Assembly (NCBI GenBank): GCA_907165135.1
Contig: OU015569.1
Coordinates: forward strand, 3,937,001 to 3,970,000
Origin: Oikopleura dioica
Taxonomy: Eukaryota; Animalia; Chordata
DNA length: 33,000 nucleotides
Reading direction: 5' to 3'
Positions 26,744 to 33,000 of this stretch are shown here, one piece after another (position 1 is the stretch's first letter; every line of letters starts with the position of its first letter). Made by a program: the position numbers and the translations under genes. The notes below the pieces were generated by a model. The model saw only the letters and a program-made list of their open reading frames with translations. It was not told the DNA's origin and searched no databases.

Positions 26744-28372
26744 ATGCCGCGAATCTACCTCAAGAATTTCCCCCAATCAGCCGGCGAGCAGGAGATACGC
26801 CAGTTCTTCAGAAAGGTAGCGACTCTCTCTTGATTCCTCTTTTGTCGATTATCGTTGTTTTCCTTCTATCAGTTTTAAATAAAGTCAGTATTCAGCGGAT
26901 ATCGAAGGCGTCAATCTTGTCGAGAAGAAAAACGAGGACGTCGTTATTTCGCGTTTTGCGTTTCTTCAAATCCGCGACGACTGCGCCAATCTGCAAAGGC
27001 TTCTCAAGGAAAACGGAAAAGAGTGGGACGGCGCTAGAATCGAAGTGAAACAGGCGAAGGAGAGCTTCAGAGAGCGGGCGGCGAAACTGCGACAGGAGAA
27101 AAAAGAAGTCGAAAATAAAGAAAACTTCCAAGCGCCTTTTCAAGCTGCCAAATTCGAAAAAAGCGACTCGGATGATTCCTCCTCTTCTTCGGATGATGAT
27201 GATGAATCAATTGAAGAACAAAAAGAACAGAAGAAACGAAAACTCGCCGAGGCTTCCAAACTTTTGCAAGCGAAACTATCCCAACGAAAGAAACAGTTTT
27301 GCTTTTTTCAAAATATGCTTCGATTTTTAGCATTTTCTTTTGCGAACTGTATGAAAAGGAAAGCGCCAAAGCAAAAACGCACGGAGATGATCGTCGAAAA
27401 GACGCGTTGTCTGAAAGAGAAGCGCGTTTTCAGCGGATGAAAATGGCAAAGCCAAGCGGCACAAAAGTCAGGTTCGATTCAAGTGACGAAGATGAAGAGA
27501 CCGGGAAAGGACGCGACTTGCTGGACGGATCGGGATCAGAAGAAGAGATGGAACCTGATTTCTCGTCGAAGATGCGTCCCGAGTTTGGAGACGCTTCTGG
27601 AGCTGGACTCTTTCAAATGGAACAGAACTTTAATGACGAGAGATTTAAACTTGATGAACATTTCAAAGACGACGAAAGACTTCAGGCGAGGCTCAAAATC
27701 GTCAATATTGCCTTCTTGTCCAGTGAGAAATACAAAAAAGAGCCCTTATAAAGGAGAAAGTAAGCAGGCAAAAGCAACAGGAACTGCGAGCACGGAGAAA
27801 ACGCGAGTTCCAAAACACCGTCTACAACCCATACGCGTCCGATGACGAATCAGAGAACGAAGAAAATGCCTTCGACCAGAATCAATTCACGAATTTAAAA
27901 GCGCCAGAAATATCAGCTGAGACGCACTTTGGCGTGAAGAAGTTGAACATCGGGGTCGAAGAAAGTGAAACAGGCGAGCAAGCGGCGGGCGGCTTTTCTT
28001 TGCTGTCGATGTTTAACAGGCCTGAGGGTCAGGACGAAGATGCAAGTGCTGAAGACGGAGATCAGATGGATGACGGAGTATCAACAGTCCGGAAAGCGCC
28101 CCCGCAGGTAGAATCTTCTTTTTGTTTGGCAGTTTCTAAATGTTTGATAGATAACGAAAGTGCTATTGGGCGGAGAGCGCGAAGAAGTTGACTTTAATTT
28201 TTGGCAAACGTATGACTTGAAGAAGTTCAAAGTCGACAAGGCGAAAGTGATCGAAGAAAGACGAGCATTGCGCCAAAAATCAAAGCAAGACTATTACAAC
28301 ATCGCGAGAAGGCATAAAGTAACCAAGCTCGGTCATGATGCGCTGCTAGAAAAACTCTTTCAATGGTGGTGA
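26744..28372 (+). CDS. NOL8: Nucleolar protein 8-like (N-terminal RRM, acidic/basic regions)
   Basis: MPRIYLKNFP..FFRK|..RFAFLQI..NGKEWDGARIEVKQAKESFRER, KVRFDSSDEDE, RPEFGDASGAGLFQMEQNFNDERFKLDEHF, YNP, GFSLLSMF, C-terminal W..RR.LRQ. Confidence 0.85.
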
Positions 28373-28589
28373 AATGAAAATAAATCATGCCAAGCCTTTG
28401 GAAATCTTTGTCTATTTATTTAAGCTCCACTTGTAAATTATCAGAATAAGCTTTTCTTCGCCAAAGTAATTGAAAAATAGTGCAGCAGTCTCAATTAGGG
28501 GAAAAGTAGTCCTAGCTCACTTTTTTTGCAATCTCACATCGTTTCAAATTTTGGCAGAATTCACTAGCATATTTTGAAGGAAGGTTTTG

Positions 28590-29287
28590 AAAAATCATCT
28601 CAAAGAGCGACTTGTTGTCCACGATACCACAGACTGGTTGAAACTCCATGAGGAAAACTGTAATGGATTCAAATTAGTACAATCAAAGGCAGAAAAATGG
28701 GTCTTGTGTGAAAGTGAATACATTCCTATCGATCCGACAGCTTGTACAATCATGTTGGTGATCGGGGTCAGTATTCTTACAACAGCTCTTCGTAACTCGT
28801 CTTATTTGGGAAATGTGAAAGATGTTATTTTTTAATACTTCAGCTATTCAAGCTATTCTAATATTCTCCCTCCCATTCCTGAGGCGCGACTCAAAATTAA
28901 AAGCCCTATTTTCCTTGCTCCTCTGACGGAATCACCGATAACCCGGGTTATGCGCAGTTCGGTCGGTATGTTGAAGACATCATGTGCTATGTGTCGAATA
29001 TTATGTTGCATATCGAACGCAATTTCCAAATTTTGATCGCCTGACTATTAAAACATAAATAGTTATCTGAAAATTCATACGACAAATCTTCTCACATCAT
29101 CTAGCACTTGTCTTCTTGCGTCCTCCTCTGCCCGAAAGAAATCATTTTCTAACGGTTCTTGACTGTTTCCGGAGGAGTATCCGGAGTCTGTCGAAGGGTT
29201 ACGATTTATTTTATATGGAGATAAGGTTTTAAAGACAAAACCCTAGGGATTTGCGAGTTTAAAAAATTAAACCCCCACTTGAGACAT
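28590..29287 (-). CDS. Probable gene with DSGYSS degron and F-box-like segment (Emi1/Emi2/Rca1-like candidate); 3' end unresolved
   Basis: TTTCAG acceptor 5' of ATG 29287; MSQ|GFVFKTLSPYKINRNPSTDSGYSSGNSQE..RRFV|SGDQNLEIAFDMQHNIRHIAHDVFNIP..; possible later Cys-rich exon SCCKNTDPDHQHDCTSCR. Confidence 0.45.
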
Positions 29288-29789
29288 AAAAGCGCAGATA
29301 AACTCCTCTTTCAATTCTGAAATATAAATTTGGACTAGGTTGGTAACTATCTCTTCGTATTTCTGCCCAAGTGGGGAAAATCGATTAACTCCCCGGGCCC
29401 ATTCGTCGGTACATGCTCGTCGAGCAAGAGTTGGTCAAGTCGATCAAGTTTGATGCAGCGTGACAGGATGAACTTATTTTGATTAGATGCCCCGGAGGTA
29501 AAGTCAAATTTGTTGGACAATCAACTTTGTTTGTAAGCAAACTTCTATTCGGCTTTACAGTTTGAAACCTTTTTGAGTAAGTCTTTAATAATGCAATTTT
29601 ACCCGACACGTTTTTTTATCACGCAAGGATAAAAATGTTAACAGTGATATTTAAGCCTGCAATATAACTTATATTATATAAAACACGAAAGAAATTATCT
29701 AATCCATCACTTGCTGTTGGTGATTTTGTGAGGCAGTGAAAGAAGTGGGCGATGTACAGTAAATAACGGGAAAAAAATCGCGTCGGGAA

Positions 29790-31060
29790 TCATCGACGAC
29801 CCTCGGCAAATTTCTTCCCTTTCTTCGCGAGCTCTGCGAGGACAGCTTCCTTCTCGGTAATGATGGGCAACTTGGAGATCGACTCATTCTAAAGAATAAT
29901 TAACTTAAATCGAATGTGGTCGTTGAACGTACCGATGTAGAGGCATACTTCTGCTTGGTGGCTGTGTACTTCTTCTTGTGCGCACCAAAATGCACCATAA
30001 ACAGGCTTTTCGCCAGTAAATTGGTCACATTCTCGAGATCTGAGACGGAGTATTTCGAGGTGTGCTCAAGAATCGGCAGCCATTCTCCCTCGCTAATGAG
30101 GTTGATTGACAGCCACAAGGCACCCGCAGCCACTAAGGACGGCTTCATGCTTGCCAAATCGTAGTCCATCAAAGCAAGCTCGCACAGGTACTAAAAACAA
30201 ACGTCAACAAAAATAAGAGAAGCATTAACATTACCTTTGACAGGATGTACTCGAGGATCGATCTTGTCCTCTGCGACTCTTGAAAATCGTCGCAGGAACT
30301 CAAGCGAGTATGCGAAAGATAGTTCGCAATCCAGACGACCAAGAACTTCCAGCTCCATGTCTTTTATCTCGTCTAAAATAGCTTTTATTTTCAGTATTTG
30401 TCTCAATTTCGCACCTTCTGTGTAAGCTTTGTCACAAACGTAGACAAAGTCGCTGACAGCTGGCGAGTAGATCTCCTCATTTTTCGATGCAAGCATCATG
30501 CATGCAACGCCGACAAGTTGCATTTGCGACTTCTCAACAGTTTCCACGCGCTGAAGATAGCGATCCATGTACGCGACGGATAGGAACAGTGTGTCGTTGA
30601 GGAGACGAAATCGTCGCCCAACTTGCACCATCCAGTCAGTAAGGATCTGACGCATCTTCGGCGAGGCGCGGTGACCGTGGTGAGCCAGAAAATTAGGTCG
30701 CACTTCCTTCGAGTGCTCGAGGAAGCGCAAGTACCCATAAACTTGCTCGACGTGGTCTTTGCACCACCGTTCGTCCGACTGAAATGAGGTATGAATCATC
30801 CAGATTTAAAAACAATAAATTTACCTCATCCTTCACTTCAATTTTCTTGAGCTGGGCTTCTAAAGCCTGCGCTCCGCTGTCAGATGCTTCCCAGGCCATC
30901 TCGACAGTCTCATTGGGAGTTATCTCGGTAGGTCTGATGGCCTTCACCGGACCGGTCTCCTGGACATTCACATCTCGATTGAGAGCTAAAAAAGTAAAAC
31001 ACGCTCACTTTTACACTATATCTCTGTCTTACCCTGAAGTTGTTCCCGGTCAGTATTCAT
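29790..31060 (-). CDS. CCNB: B-type cyclin; 5' end uncertain, frame anomaly at about 30235-30250
   Basis: D-box-like REQLQALN; cyclin box MRQILTDWMVQVGRRFRLLNDTLFL..MDRYL..MQLVGVACMMLASKNEEIYSP..DFVYVCDKAYT; FLRRFSR; YLCELALMDY; KYAST; stop TGA at 29790-29792. Confidence 0.92.
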
Positions 31061-31867
31061 CTCGACGATTAATAGCAAACGACAGTTGGATCTCACGAAT
31101 TCAAAATATTTTCTTGCAAGTGCAAAATTTTCCTTTCGCAGATGGGTTTTATACGGTTCATGTCCGGCACTGACAAACCAGAGCACCACGAACGAGCCAC
31201 CGTGAGAAGAAAGCCGTTGTCGATTCAAATGAAAAACTCAGAGCGCGCAGTCCGACTTGCCGTTGTTGATGAAATCTTGCTACCCCGGTGACCTTAGTCT
31301 GATTTTCAGATTTGACGTTTCCTTGAAAAGTCATTCCGGCATTTCAAGCCAGGGGCTGACAAAACTTCTTTCTGTTGGGAAATTCAATATTTCAAGGATT
31401 TCCAAGCAAGCTCATTTCATTTTCATAAAACTTAGTCGCGCGAGTTGTGTCAAATTTATAATTAAAAATTTTCTTCCTTGATCCCATAGATAAATAAAAT
31501 TTGTTGCACAACTGTGGTAGTATGACTTGGTACTTCTATTTGCATGAGGTAAATTCGAAATATAATGAAGACATTTTAGGTAAGTATCGTAACATAAGTA
31601 ACGTATACTGTATTGGCAATACAGCATTTCACAAGTAAGATACCACAAGTAAGATTAGTTTACAACAAATTGAAGGAGATTCTATTGAGACAGATATGTT
31701 TCAGTGTTAATCCAAATCTGTCTCATATAACTCGCAAATAATGTCCGAGATGATTTTTGTAAGCCATTTTAATTCGTGAGATCATAAAATTTATTATCGA
31801 TTCTGAGCAATCTTCGTCGACCCATTTTTACGTTGAAAACCGAGTTTTTACGGGGCCCCGTCGGTCC

Positions 31868-32121
31868 GGCTGGCTAGCGCAAGTGGTAAAGCCGCCGGAC
31901 TGAAGAGGCGAGTCGGGTTGAGTCCACTGCAGGTGGCAGGTTCGATTCCCTCTCCCGAGGTAAGTTTATCGTCACTCGAATGTATATCGATGGCGATCTA
32001 CATAACTAAAGGATACTCCCCAAAAAACGCGCCTATCTGAACGAGCTCAAACTTGGAGAAGATAGGCGGTTTCTCTGGTAAACACCGGAAGTCTCCGTGA
32101 CTAGGTGAGCCAGAGTTTTTT
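31868..32121 (+). ncRNA. tRNA-headed Pol III-type element (SINE-like or structured ncRNA)
   Basis: A box TAGCGCAAGTGG (31875), anticodon-like GGA-CTGAAGA (Phe GAA), B box GGTTCGATTCC (31939-31949). The acceptor stem does not pair. Three hairpins and a T6 run (32116-32121) follow. Confidence 0.55.
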
Positions 32122-32871
32122 CTGCAACTTTTTTTTATCATACCCATGTGTTGAAGATGTACAATTCATGTACATCCTATGCTTTCGAATATGCCTGTGG
32201 AAAATATGAAGCTATTTTGAGTATGCATCTGCCAAAAAAATATCAGACCAAAGAATGAAAACTACAAGCATGAAGAAGGTGCTTTTTTCGCCTGATTCAT
32301 ACTTTAGATAGAATTTATAACAAAAACTGGACGGAAATTGGTGTTTATTTTTTTCTGAAAAACGGATTTCAATATGGATAAAGAACAGAGGAATAGAGAA
32401 CCGGGAGCCGATGCGTAACATTGAAATAGGTTGGGAGAAAAGCAGGGAATTAATCGTTCCTTGTGTTCGTTCTGAAAATATGTTTAGAAAAAGCGCGACG
32501 GCTTATGGTACCTTTATTTCGTTAGGTATTGTTTCTTGATCACTTTTGAGCTGAAGGCTGTTCGAATCCTTCTTCTGTCTTGGCTTTTTCACGCTTCTGG
32601 GGCCGGTTATAATTTCTGCTTTTTTATTATATAGAGAAATAAAGTCTTAGTTGAGGGGGCGGCTCCACCGAAGGCTTTCTAAAAGGAGGAAGAAGGTAGG
32701 GTGGAATAAACGTAGTAAGTAATGGGTGATTAGTAGTTGGCGAAATGGACTTGAGGGCCTCAACTTGAGGCTGACTTCGAGTGAGCAAATTGTGAAATCA
32801 CAGGCGATCAAATATTCATTTGGGTGGAGGAAAGGCACGAGAGGATGAAAGCCTGGCTGTGGAGGGACGTT

Positions 32872-32959
32872 TTATTTTTTGGTAGAACCGGAGGCCTTTT
32901 CAACAGCTTTGCACTGAGATTTTTGTTTGAGCATCGTCCAGTCGAAAACGTAGTCATAG
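32872..32959 (-). CDS. CSNK1A1: 3' coding exon of casein kinase 1 (alpha-like); rest of gene lies beyond the window
   Basis: TTTTCCAG|C-TAT.. reads YDYVFDWTMLKQKSQCKAVEKASGSTKK*, matching the CK1-alpha YDYTFDWTMLKQK end of the kinase domain. Confidence 0.85.
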
Positions 32960-33000
32960 CTGGAAAAGGGTATCCAATGCGAATTCAACTACGTTCCTAT

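Noticed and set aside
27270-27365. Additional non-canonical intron in NOL8
   Set aside because: GT, GC and GA solutions all restore frame, so it cannot be decided from sequence.
30374-30415. Insert GAKLRQILKIKAIL in the cyclin box
   Set aside because: It is an in-frame 42-nt GT-AG intron.
31868-31958. Functional tRNA-Phe gene
   Set aside because: The acceptor stem does not pair and the T stem has two mismatches.
31950-31966. SL RNA gene suggested by GAG|GTAAGT
   Set aside because: The upstream sequence does not resemble the Oikopleura spliced leader as recalled, and no Sm-site arrangement is evident.

Overview
Gene-dense eukaryotic DNA with many tiny (about 40-50 nt) introns, several non-canonical GA-AG/GC-AG introns, and co-oriented genes 70-210 nt apart with TTTCAG/TTTAG acceptors just before their ATGs. 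This combination points to a larvacean tunicate such as Oikopleura dioica (inference). Hand-splicing gives, in order: an SLC5 transporter, CDK10, a TMC channel, a single-domain beta/gamma-crystallin, DRC1, an orphan 4-TM gene, a minus-strand cluster KXD1-RSPH1-orphan-SPAG8, a second cluster CAPZA-orphan-TMEM184C-RBM15, NOL8, a possible diverged Emi1/Emi2-like gene behind cyclin B, a tRNA-headed structured Pol III-type element, and the 3' end of CK1-alpha. The main leads are the putative X-box-led motile-cilia operon containing an uncharacterised Mn-motif-like protein, the intron class with non-GT donors and purine-rich acceptors, the cyclin B/Emi-like pair and the tRNA-headed RNA. All family calls rest on recalled motifs; no searches were run.
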